Source: Tagaea sp. (GTDB taxonomy: Bacteria > Pseudomonadota > Alphaproteobacteria > CACIAM-22H2). Taken from it: a DNA stretch of 64,000 nt. The notes beneath the pieces are model-generated. The model saw only the letters and a program-made list of their open reading frames with translations. It made no database searches and had not been told where the DNA came from. The translations under genes and the position numbers were made by a program. Of the stretch, positions 9,507 through 18,167 are shown piece by piece (position 1 is the first letter of the stretch; each line of letters starts with the position of its first letter). Where the stretch lies: the NCBI GenBank assembly GCA_965279525.1, contig CBDIIB010000005.1:800001-864000 (forward strand), written 5' to 3'.

Positions 9507-11179
9507 AGATCGTAGATCCGCACCGGCGGCCCGAAGCCGCCGCGCCCGAACCACGTCCAGGCCGGTTCGCGGAAGATGAGGGTGCGCCGCATGTCGAGGT
9601 CGTATTTCGCGTCCTGCGCGTTCTCGAACGAGGCGACGAGCGTGCCGCAGACGTGGATATCGGCATACCAGCCGGGTGCGGTCCAGTCGCGTAGCTCTGC
9701 GAGGGCGGCGTACCGCCAGCCGCGGGCATGCAGGAACGCCAGTGGATTGCTGCCTACGGCGCGCCACGCCTCGGCTCTGACTTGATTGAGATCGACATAG
9801 GCGACGGGCGTCGGCAGCCTTACGGGAGCCGGGCGCGTTCCAAGCGCTGCGACCTGCCGGTCGCGGTTGCGCAGCGCACCGGCATCGACCGCGGCCACGG
9901 CGGCGACCGCATCGGGCGTATTGCGGAACCAGACGCCGGGAATATGAATGCCGACACCTGCGCGCGCGACCGGGACCGTCTCGATCCAGCGCCGGGCAGC
10001 GAGGCGCGTGTCCGGGGCCATCATCAGAATCGTGAGCTGAATGGCGCATGCGGCCGGATAGGCAAGCACGGCCGCTGCGGTGACGGCAGCGGATCGAGGC
10101 CAGGCGATCCGGTCGATCCACGCGGCCAGTGCAAGGGCAAGTATCGGGACCTGCGGGAGCGCGTAGCGCTCTTCCTGGGGCATGAAGACGTAGAGGAACG
10201 CGGCGTAGCACAGGAGGAAGGCGATGCCGCACACGGCGACAAGCCGGCGTTCGCGCCAGAACACGAGTGTCGCAACCAGAGCACCCAGCCCGCCCGCAGC
10301 GAGCACCGGGTTCGACCAGAGATACGCACGCAGGAAGAACCAGGCATTCGCGACGAACCCGTCGAGCGATTTCGGCTGCGAGACGGGAAGGATGGACTTC
10401 GCCCCGACAAGACGCTCGATCGCCGGGAGATGTGCGAGCGCAAAGATCGCGACGAGTGTGCCGGCGATGACAACGGTCTCGATGGCGGCACGGCCGACAA
10501 GCCCGGAGAACCGCCGCATCCGGATCGCGCGGGCCATGTGGGCCACGGCCAATGCCGCTAGACCAAGCCCGCCGATGTAGCTGGCGCCGAAGCCGAGACC
10601 GCCGAGCACGGCCGCCCAGCGGTAGTCGGAAAGCCTGCCTTCGCGCAGCACTCGAAACGAGAACAGGATCGTCGCGCAGATGAAGAAGACCGTCGCCGAC
10701 CAGTGCCGCGCCGTCGCCGACATCATCAGGTGCGTCGGGTCGACGGCGACGAGTGCCGCGGCGGCCAGCGCCGCGGGCATCCCGAAACCGAGTTCGCGCC
10801 CGATCCGGAAAACGACCGCGACGGTCGCAACGCCAAAGGCCGCGCTGACCGCGCGGGCCGCGTACCAGTAGAGCTCGGGCGAGAACGACAGGGCGAGCGC
10901 CATGTCCGCAAGAGAGATGAAGCCGTTGGAGATCCAGATAGCTGCGGCGACGGGAACGATCGCGGCCGCGTAGAACCACGCGACCAGCGGCGGGTAATAG
11001 AGCGTCTCGGCGAGGAGCAGCGACAGGGTCGGGATCGGATTGCGCAGTTCGATCATCCGGAGCGCACCGCCGATCATCACCTCCTCGTCCGAGGCGAGCG
11101 GCAGGGGCAGGCCGGCGGTCGCCGAGGCAAGGCGGATCAGTGCTGTTGCCAGCAGCAGAGCCGCAAGCGTGCGGTTCAC
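9458..11179 (-). CDS. GT-C fold membrane glycosyltransferase (ArnT/PMT-like)
   Basis: GTG start overlapping upstream stop; SDE after TM1, YYPPL, many TM helices, ERYALP. Confidence 0.75.
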   Translation of the reverse strand: MNRTLAALLLATALIRLASATAGLPLPLASDEEVMIGGALRMIELRNPIPTLSLLLAETLYYPPLVAWFYAAAIVPVAAAIWISNGFISLADMALALSFSPELYWYAARAVSAAFGVATVAVVFRIGRELGFGMPAALAAAALVAVDPTHLMMSATARHWSATVFFICATILFSFRVLREGRLSDYRWAAVLGGLGFGASYIGGLGLAALAVAHMARAIRMRRFSGLVGRAAIETVVIAGTLVAIFALAHLPAIERLVGAKSILPVSQPKSLDGFVANAWFFLRAYLWSNPVLAAGGLGALVATLVFWRERRLVAVCGIAFLLCYAAFLYVFMPQEERYALPQVPILALALAAWIDRIAWPRSAAVTAAAVLAYPAACAIQLTILMMAPDTRLAARRWIETVPVARAGVGIHIPGVWFRNTPDAVAAVAAVDAGALRNRDRQVAALGTRPAPVRLPTPVAYVDLNQVRAEAWRAVGSNPLAFLHARGWRYAALAELRDWTAPGWYADIHVCGTLVASFENAQDAKYDLDMRRTLIFREPAWTWFGRGGFGPPVRIYDLQTASDDAACRARTGQ

Positions 11180-12114
11180 GGCCGGCGCGCCCGCGCGATC
11201 ACCGAAAGCCCAGCCCGCTCGAGACCCGGCAGTCGCGTCGTCCAGTCGTCGATCCGGGTGGCAAGCCGCGCGATGGCGCGGATGCCGGGAATGAAGCGGA
11301 AAAGCCGGTTGAAGACGAGTACGTCGCTGTTCATGAGCAGGCAAAAGCCGAAAAATCCGTACGTCCGCCAGCGCTCCAGTTCCAGACCGGCGCGCTCGAG
11401 CGGCGGTGCCGTCTCGCGCCAGAGGAGTGGGCGTTCGGTCTCGTGGTCGAGATGCGGCGAGATCCGGTAGATCACGGCGCGGATCGCGCGCCACAGCCAG
11501 AAGTCGCTCACCGGTTCGCGGAAGACGAAGCAGCCCCCCGGCTTCAGGATACGCGCGATCTCGCCGAAAAGCGCGTCGCGGTCGTTGACGTGATGGATGC
11601 CGCCGAGCATCAGCACGGTGTCGAACGAAGCGTCGGCGATGGGCAGCCGCGTAGCGTCGCCCTGAACGAACAGGTGACGCGACATGCCGGGGCGTCCGGC
11701 CGCGGCAGTGAGCATGTTCGCCGAGATGTCGACACCCACGCCGGTCCGGATGCGATTGCCGAGCAGGGCGAGGCCGTCGGCTTGGCCGCAGCAGATCTCC
11801 GCGACGGTGTCGAGCGAGCAGCCTTCCAGCGTCTCGAACAGCGCGCGGTCGAGATAAGCCGAATATTCCTGGGTATGCGGGTAACCGAGGTTCTCGAGGT
11901 AAAGGGGTGCAAGCTGGTCGTAGTGAGCCTGTTGGCGCGCCGCGTCGACCGGGAGGCTGCGAGCGCCCATGAGCACGATGCCCGCATCGTTGATGGGATA
12001 GATATGGCTTCCGTCGGCGGTCGCCAGCGCCCGTCCGCGCGCTTCGACCGGAAGCCCCGTCTCGGGGCAACGGAGCATGGAAAATCGGTCGTCGTGGCCG
12101 GGTGCTTGGGGCAT
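11176..12114 (-). CDS. SAM-dependent methyltransferase with Trm112-like N-terminus
   Basis: LRCPETG...YPINDAGI; EICCGQADG, GDATRLP, FDTVLMLGGIHH. Confidence 0.85.
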   Translation of the reverse strand: MPQAPGHDDRFSMLRCPETGLPVEARGRALATADGSHIYPINDAGIVLMGARSLPVDAARQQAHYDQLAPLYLENLGYPHTQEYSAYLDRALFETLEGCSLDTVAEICCGQADGLALLGNRIRTGVGVDISANMLTAAAGRPGMSRHLFVQGDATRLPIADASFDTVLMLGGIHHVNDRDALFGEIARILKPGGCFVFREPVSDFWLWRAIRAVIYRISPHLDHETERPLLWRETAPPLERAGLELERWRTYGFFGFCLLMNSDVLVFNRLFRFIPGIRAIARLATRIDDWTTRLPGLERAGLSVIARARRP

Positions 12115-12214
12115 TTTTCTCGACCGGACGGGAGGACCCCGCAGCAGGAATCGCGTCGGGTTGCCTAGGGCGTCTCTCAATAGTCGCAAGGCCCGTTCCG
12201 GGTCAAGGCGACCG

Positions 12215-12257
12215 CGCCCCGAAGCGATGGACTGGGTCTGGGCCGTCCCGAAGGTGC
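12215..12257 (+). repeat. 43-bp direct repeat, copy 2 (orphan 3' end of the 4884 gene, stop TAG at 12263-12265)
   Basis: Encodes RPEAMDWVWAVPKV followed by RG-stop, matching the C-terminus of the 4884-5693 protein. Confidence 0.95.
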
Positions 12258-12269
12258 GGGGCTAGGTCG

Positions 12270-13286
12270 TCAGCCCGCGGCCGGCCGGTCGCCGTCGCGC
12301 ACGCGGCCCGTACCCGTCAGCACGCGCAGGACCCCGTAGGCGGCCCCTGCCGCGATCACCGAGCTGAAATAGACGTTGAGCGCGATGGCCGCGGGCAGGA
12401 AACCGGGGCGGTTGCGCGCGACGAACCCGTAGAATCCCGACATGCACCAGGCAAACGCGGCGGCGAATGTCGCCGGGACGGGCCACAGCACGGGCCAGAT
12501 GCCCGCGATCAGCGCCGTGCCGATCGCCGCGGGTGCCGCAAGCGTCCCCAGCCCGATACGCGCCGTCGCCAGCCCGCCCGATTCCAGCTTCGGCGTGCGC
12601 AGGAAGAACTCGGCCCAGATCGAGACGCGGTGGAAATAGGTGCGCGTCAGTTTCCCGAAATCCGGGAACGCGTGCTGCGAGGTCATCGCGGGATCGAGCA
12701 GCAGCCGATGGCGGCGCACGATCCGGCGGCCGAACTCCTCGTTCTCGTAGTCCATGCCCCACGCGAAGCCTTCGTTGAAGCCGCCAAGCTCGCGGAAGAC
12801 CGACGCGCGGATGCCCGCCGTGCTTGCCGAAAAGGTCTCATAGGCGAACACGCCTTCGCGCGAGAAGCCGTAGTAGTTGAAATACGCCTTGTATCGCGGG
12901 ACCGCGCCGTCGTTGAGCGGCTCCATCGCGTAGATGCCGCTGACGGCGTCCGCCTCCGGGATGCGCGCCAGGAAGCGTTCGACCATGTCGGGCGACGGCC
13001 GCGTGTCGCTGTCGACGAAGACCAGATACTCGCCTTGCGCCACGGCGGCACCGCGGTTGCGCGCGATCGACGGGCCGCCGTTGCGCTCCAGCGCCACGAC
13101 GCGCACGGTTCCGGAATATTCGGTGGCCATCGCACGCGCCAGATCGAGCGTGCCGTCGGTCGAGACGTCGTCGACGACAAGGATTTCGAGCGGCGGGACG
13201 CTACCGCGCAGCAGCGCTTCGACACATATGCCCAGCGTGGCGGTCGCGTTGTAGGCCGGAATGACGACGCTGACCGAGGGCGGCAA
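12270..13286 (-). CDS. GT2 glycosyltransferase with C-terminal TM helices
   Basis: VVIPAYN, VDDVSTD, FVDSD; TTG start directly after the radical SAM stop. Confidence 0.88.
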   Translation of the reverse strand: MPPSVSVVIPAYNATATLGICVEALLRGSVPPLEILVVDDVSTDGTLDLARAMATEYSGTVRVVALERNGGPSIARNRGAAVAQGEYLVFVDSDTRPSPDMVERFLARIPEADAVSGIYAMEPLNDGAVPRYKAYFNYYGFSREGVFAYETFSASTAGIRASVFRELGGFNEGFAWGMDYENEEFGRRIVRRHRLLLDPAMTSQHAFPDFGKLTRTYFHRVSIWAEFFLRTPKLESGGLATARIGLGTLAAPAAIGTALIAGIWPVLWPVPATFAAAFAWCMSGFYGFVARNRPGFLPAAIALNVYFSSVIAAGAAYGVLRVLTGTGRVRDGDRPAAG

Positions 13287-14438
13287 TCAGCTTTCCGCCT
13301 TGACCGGGGTGCCCGCCGGCCGGCGGGCACGCGTGCCGATATTGCCGATCGTGCGCGCGACCATGCTCGGATAGTTCGAATAGCCCCACACGGCACTTGC
13401 CGCGAGCGCGCATTCGAACGAGCACTTGCACTTCGTGTCCTTGATCCACTTGCGCATCTCGTCGTTCTCGTGCTGTGCGAGAAGGCGCTTCAGGTCGTAG
13501 TCGTTGTCGCGCAGCTTGCCCATCGACTTTCCGAGGATCTCGCACGGATAGACCTCGCCCGTCTCGCTGACGACCACGAGCTTGCGGCCCGCCACGCAAG
13601 GCGACACGAACTCGTCGTCGAAGACCACGCGCAGAAGGTTGTCGCGCGCCACGTCCGATGCGGCGCGCCAGACCGGGTAGAGGAACCGCGACTCGCGGTT
13701 CTTTTCGCGGTCGCGCAGGAACTCGTAGATCGCCTCGTACTTTTGGCGCGCCTTGGTCTTGTAGCCTTCGTTGCGGATGTCGCCGCGCGCGAAGGTGACC
13801 GAGATGTTGTCGAAGTCGAAATTCGTGTCGAGGTAGCGCACGGTATCGAGCAGCGTGTCCTCGGACTGGGCCGTGAACACCGAATTCGAATCGAGCGTCA
13901 GGTTCGGATAGCGCGCGCGCAGTGCGGCCATCCGCACGTAGCATTCCTCGATCTTGCGGAACGAACCCGGCATCGAGCGCAGCGTGTCGTGTGCCTCGCC
14001 GATGCCTTCGACCGAGAAGACCAGCCGGAAGTAGGTGTCCGGATAGGCCGGCAGGATCTCGGTGAAGTACCGTTCCATGCGGTCGCCGAGCGAAGCGTTC
14101 GTCGGGATGGTGACGAAGCGCGGCGTCGTGTTGTCGAGCCACGCGCGCGTGACGGCTTCAAGGTCGGAGCGGATGAACGCTTCGCCGCCGGTCATCGAAA
14201 GCTGGATGAGCGGGCCGACGCTGGCTGCGATCTTGCGGATCTCGTCGACCGTCAGCTCGTCGGGCTTCAGGCCCTTCTCGATCTCGGCGCCGTAGAAGCA
14301 GAACTTGCAGCGGAAATTGCAGCGGTTCGTGACGTAGAAAATCAGGTAGCCGACCTGATTCGGATCGGCGAACGAGCGCACGTTCCGCCCGAGCGAGCGC
14401 AGGCGGCCGGACAATGGCGTCGGGACAGATTCGGTCAT
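13287..14438 (-). CDS. Radical SAM protein with SPASM/twitch domain
   Basis: CNFRCKFC, TGGE, CVAG...GEVYPCE, CKCSFEC. Confidence 0.9.
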   Translation of the reverse strand: MTESVPTPLSGRLRSLGRNVRSFADPNQVGYLIFYVTNRCNFRCKFCFYGAEIEKGLKPDELTVDEIRKIAASVGPLIQLSMTGGEAFIRSDLEAVTRAWLDNTTPRFVTIPTNASLGDRMERYFTEILPAYPDTYFRLVFSVEGIGEAHDTLRSMPGSFRKIEECYVRMAALRARYPNLTLDSNSVFTAQSEDTLLDTVRYLDTNFDFDNISVTFARGDIRNEGYKTKARQKYEAIYEFLRDREKNRESRFLYPVWRAASDVARDNLLRVVFDDEFVSPCVAGRKLVVVSETGEVYPCEILGKSMGKLRDNDYDLKRLLAQHENDEMRKWIKDTKCKCSFECALAASAVWGYSNYPSMVARTIGNIGTRARRPAGTPVKAES

Positions 14439-14518
14439 TTCGTGGAGACGACTCGCTGGATCGGTAAGGGGGGCGGAAGGGGCCAATCTAGAACCCGGAC
14501 CGCCCGAATTCAATTGAT

Positions 14519-14542
14519 CCCGGGGGGGCCTTGCCCCTCGGG
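14519..14542 (-). terminator. GC-rich hairpin just after the small ORF
   Basis: cccgggggggccttgcccctcggg imperfect stem-loop; no U-tract. Confidence 0.35.
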
Positions 14543-14551
14543 CCGTTGTGG

Positions 14552-14701
14552 TCAATTCACGACCACGGAGACGCTTTCGGCCGGACGGTCGGCGCGCGCG
14601 ATGGCCACACCACCCAGAATCAACACCACCGCAAGGGCGAGTGCCTGGAGGCGGCTCATCGAGCGGGGACGCGGACTGCGGATCGGGGCGAGATCGGTCA
14701 T
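14552..14701 (-). CDS. Small signal-peptide/single-TM protein (49 aa), below ORF-track cutoff
   Basis: MTDLAPIRSPRPRSMSRLQALALAVVLILGGVAIARADRPAESVSVVVN; GGAA upstream, GC-rich third positions. Confidence 0.55.
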   Translation of the reverse strand: MTDLAPIRSPRPRSMSRLQALALAVVLILGGVAIARADRPAESVSVVVN

Positions 14702-14809
14702 GGCGGGTTTCCGTGGGCGCGTATCGATTCCCTATTCCTCACAAGAACGCAAGGGTCGTGCCGCTTATTCCTTGAACCCGGCGCCGGCTTCGCCCATTTT
14801 GCGCCACCC

Positions 14810-16120
14810 ATGGCCAAACCCCGGAAAAGCGCACGCCCACTAGCCGTGGCATCGGCCCGCGCGGTCGCCCGCGACCTGTTGGATCTGGTGCTCCAGAAAT
14901 ACCGCACGCTCGACGAGGCGGCCGGACTGGTGCGCGATTTCACCATCCTGGCACCGCGCGACCGCGCGTTCGCCCGTCTGCTGGCCGCAAGCGTGCTGCG
15001 CCGGCGCGGCAGCCTCGACGCCGTGCTCGCCAAGTGCCTCGCCAAGGGTGCTCCGCCCCAGCCGGTCGAGACGATCCTGCGGCTGGGGGCAGCCCAGCTG
15101 CTGCTGCTCGACACGCCCGACCATGCCGCGGTCGGCGAAAGCGTGGCGCTGTGCGCCCGGCGCGACGAGAAGCTCAAGGGCCTCGTCAACGCCGTGCTGC
15201 GCCGCGTCGCGCGCGACGGCAAGGCGATGCTGGCCGAGCTTGACGCCGCGCGCCTCGATACCCCGCCGTGGCTCTGGCACGTGCTGTCGACGGCACATGG
15301 CGAGGCAGTCGCCCGCGCGGTTGCCGCAATCCACGCGAGCGAGCCGCCGCTCGACCTGTCGGTCAAGACGGATGGCGCGGGCTGGGCCGAAAAGCTCGGC
15401 GCCGTCCTGCTGCCCAACGGCTCGCTGCGCCTTGCCGACGGCGGCGGGGTTACCGACCTGCCCGGCTTCGCCGAAGGCGCCTGGTGGGTGCAGGATGCCG
15501 CCGCCGCTATGCCAGCGCGCCTGCTTGGCGACGTTTCGGGCAAGGACGTGCTCGATCTTTGTGCGGCACCGGGCGGCAAGACGCTGCAGCTCGCCGCCGC
15601 CGGCGCGCGGGTCGTCGCCGTCGACCAGTCGGCCGGCAGGCTGGGCCGGCTGCGCGAGAACCTGGCGCGAACGGGCCTGACGGCGACATGCGTCGCCGCG
15701 GACGTCGGCGCGTGGAAGCCGGGCGCACCGGTCGGACACGTGCTCCTCGACGCGCCGTGCACCGCCAGCGGCACGCTGCGCCGGAATCCCGAGATCGCGT
15801 ATCTCAAATCGCCGGCCGATGCCGACAAGCTCGTCGGCGCGCAGGACCGCCTGCTCGACGCCGCCGCCACGATGACCGCACCGGGCGGCACGCTTGTCTA
15901 CGCCGTGTGTTCGCTCGATCCGCGCGAAGGGCGCAGCCGCGTCGCCGCGTTCCTCGCCCGCAACAAGGCGTTCGTCCGCCGGCGCGTCGATCCGGCGGAG
16001 ATCGGCGGCGACGCCGCGCTCGTTTCCGCCGACGGCGATCTCGTCACGCTGCCGTGCAACTGGGCCGATCGCGGCGGCATGGACGGGTTCTACGCCGCAC
16101 GACTGGTGAGGCAGGCTTGA
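14810..16120 (+). CDS. rsmB: RsmB/NOP family RNA m5C methyltransferase with NusB-like domain
   Basis: GLVNAVLRR, WVQD, LDLCAAPGGKT, LLDAPC, YAVCS. Confidence 0.92.
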   Translation: MAKPRKSARPLAVASARAVARDLLDLVLQKYRTLDEAAGLVRDFTILAPRDRAFARLLAASVLRRRGSLDAVLAKCLAKGAPPQPVETILRLGAAQLLLLDTPDHAAVGESVALCARRDEKLKGLVNAVLRRVARDGKAMLAELDAARLDTPPWLWHVLSTAHGEAVARAVAAIHASEPPLDLSVKTDGAGWAEKLGAVLLPNGSLRLADGGGVTDLPGFAEGAWWVQDAAAAMPARLLGDVSGKDVLDLCAAPGGKTLQLAAAGARVVAVDQSAGRLGRLRENLARTGLTATCVAADVGAWKPGAPVGHVLLDAPCTASGTLRRNPEIAYLKSPADADKLVGAQDRLLDAAATMTAPGGTLVYAVCSLDPREGRSRVAAFLARNKAFVRRRVDPAEIGGDAALVSADGDLVTLPCNWADRGGMDGFYAARLVRQA

Positions 16121-16153
16121 GCGCGTCGCGAGTCGTGCGTTAGGATTCCGCAC

Positions 16154-17185
16154 ATGGACAGTTCATTCGCGGGCAAGCGCGTGCTGCTGACCGGGCACAC
16201 CGGCTTCAAGGGCGCATGGCTCCTCGTCTGGCTCGAGATGCTCGGCGCCAAGGTGTGCGGCGTCTCGCTCGAGCCGCCGACGTCGCCGTCGCTGTTCGCG
16301 CTCGTCGACGGCGCGAAGCTATGCGCACGCCACGAGATCTGCGACATCCGCGATGCGACGCGCCTCGCGAAGATCGTCGCCGAGTTCGCGCCGCAGATCG
16401 TGATCCACATGGCGGCACAGGCACTCGTCCTGCCCTCGCTCGCGGATCCCGTCGACACGTTCTCGACGAACGTGACCGGGACCGCGGGCGTGCTCGACGC
16501 CTGCCGCAAGGCGGCGAGCGTTGCGCGCATCCTCGTCGTCACCAGCGACAAGGTCTACGCCAACGACGGCGGCGGACGGGCCTTCGTCGAAAGCGACCGC
16601 CTCGGCGGCCACGACCCCTATTCGGCGAGCAAGGCGGCGACCGAGCTTGTCGTCGACAGTTTCCGGGCAAGCTATTTCACCGGCAAGGTGCCGGTGGCGA
16701 CCGCGCGCGCCGGCAACGTTTTCGGCGGCGGCGATTGGGCAGCGCACCGCGTCGTGCCCGATGCGGTGCGTGCACTCGAAGCCGGCAAGCCGCTGGTGCT
16801 GCGCCGGCCCAATGCGGTGCGGCCGTGGCAGCACGTGCTCGATCCGCTGGCCGGCTATCTGGCGCTTGCCGCCCGGCCGATCGACGATGCGTTCAATTTC
16901 GGACCCGAAGCGGCCGAAAAGCGCACCGTCGCCGAACTGGTCGACGCGTTCGGCAGCCACTTCGCCGGCAAGCCCGGCTGGACCCTTGAGAATGCCGAGA
17001 TCCCGGCGGAAGCGCCCTACCTGACGCTGTCGTCCGCGCGCGCGCGCGACCAGCTGGGCTGGACGACGAAACTCGGCTTCGCGCCTGCCGTCGCATGGAC
17101 GGCCGCGTGGTACGCCGAATGGCGCAAGGGCGGCGACATGGCCGCCATCACGCGCCGGCAGATCGAGGATTATCTCAAGCTTTAG
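16154..17185 (+). CDS. rfbG: CDP-glucose 4,6-dehydratase
   Basis: LTGHTGFKGAW, TSDKVY, DPYSASK, RAGNVFGGGDW, RPWQHVLDPL. Confidence 0.92.
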   Translation: MDSSFAGKRVLLTGHTGFKGAWLLVWLEMLGAKVCGVSLEPPTSPSLFALVDGAKLCARHEICDIRDATRLAKIVAEFAPQIVIHMAAQALVLPSLADPVDTFSTNVTGTAGVLDACRKAASVARILVVTSDKVYANDGGGRAFVESDRLGGHDPYSASKAATELVVDSFRASYFTGKVPVATARAGNVFGGGDWAAHRVVPDAVRALEAGKPLVLRRPNAVRPWQHVLDPLAGYLALAARPIDDAFNFGPEAAEKRTVAELVDAFGSHFAGKPGWTLENAEIPAEAPYLTLSSARARDQLGWTTKLGFAPAVAWTAAWYAEWRKGGDMAAITRRQIEDYLKL

Positions 17186-18167
17186 GCGCGTGGCGCGTCT
17201 GGTGCCAGGCCCATGCGTCCGCGACGATGGTGTCGAGCGCCGACGATTTTGCCTGCCAGCCAAGTTCGCGCGCGGCGGCCGACGGATCGGCCACCAGGGC
17301 CGGACTGTCGCCTGCCCGGCGCGCGCCGAACGCGTGCGGCACCGGTTTGCCCGCGATGCGGCCGACCGTTTCGACGACCTGGCGCACGGAATAGCCGTTG
17401 CCCGTGCCGAGATTGAACGGTGCGCCGATCCCGCCGGCGAGTGCCCGGCGGATCCCCAGCACGTGTGCCGCTCCGAGATCGGCGGCATGGATATAGTCGC
17501 GCAACGCCGTGCCGTCAGGTGTCGGGTAGTCGTCGCCGAAGATCGTCAGCGCCGGGCGCGTCCCCATCGCCGCATGGCAGGCGAGCGGGATGAGATGGCT
17601 TTCCGGCGAATGGTCCTCGCCGATGCCGTCGGCCCACGCGGCACCGGCGGCGTTGAAATATCGGAACGCGATCCACGCGAGGCCGCGCGCGCGCGACTCC
17701 GCGGCAAGGATCTGCTCGACCGCGAGTTTCGTCTCGCCGTAAGGATTTGTCGGCCGCTTGGGATGGCTTTCGGCCATCGGCACGCTTTCAGGCTCGCCAT
17801 AGACCGCGGCGGTCGACGAGAAGACGAACGCGCCGACATTCGCCGCGCGCAGCCGGTCGAGCAGGACGAGCGTGCCCGTGACGTTATTCTGCCAGAAGCG
17901 CACCGGTTCGCGAACCGACAGGCCGACCTCGATCGAGCCGGCCAGATGGACGCACGCGGTGACGCCATGCGCCGAAATCGCCGCGTCGAGTGCCGCCGCG
18001 TCCCCGATCTTCGCGTGGACGAACGGACCCCATTTCACGAAGTCGCGATGCCCGGCACTGAGATCGTCATATGCGACCGGGACGAAGCCGTCGGCCGCGA
18101 GCGCGCGGCAGACATGGGAGCCGACATAGCCCGCACCGCCCGTGACGAGGATCGAATTTCCGCTCAC
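17175..18167 (-). CDS. galE: UDP-glucose 4-epimerase
   Basis: GTG start in GTGA overlap; VTGGAGYVGSH, FSSTAAVYG, PYGETK, RYFNAAGA, DGTALRDYIH. Confidence 0.92.
   Translation of the reverse strand: MSGNSILVTGGAGYVGSHVCRALAADGFVPVAYDDLSAGHRDFVKWGPFVHAKIGDAAALDAAISAHGVTACVHLAGSIEVGLSVREPVRFWQNNVTGTLVLLDRLRAANVGAFVFSSTAAVYGEPESVPMAESHPKRPTNPYGETKLAVEQILAAESRARGLAWIAFRYFNAAGAAWADGIGEDHSPESHLIPLACHAAMGTRPALTIFGDDYPTPDGTALRDYIHAADLGAAHVLGIRRALAGGIGAPFNLGTGNGYSVRQVVETVGRIAGKPVPHAFGARRAGDSPALVADPSAAARELGWQAKSSALDTIVADAWAWHQTRHAPKA

Noticed and set aside
12102-14843. 913-aa plus-strand ORF and many other long alternative-frame ORFs
   Set aside because: Antisense or off-frame shadows of motif-bearing genes; Arg/Ala/Pro-rich, as expected in high-GC DNA.
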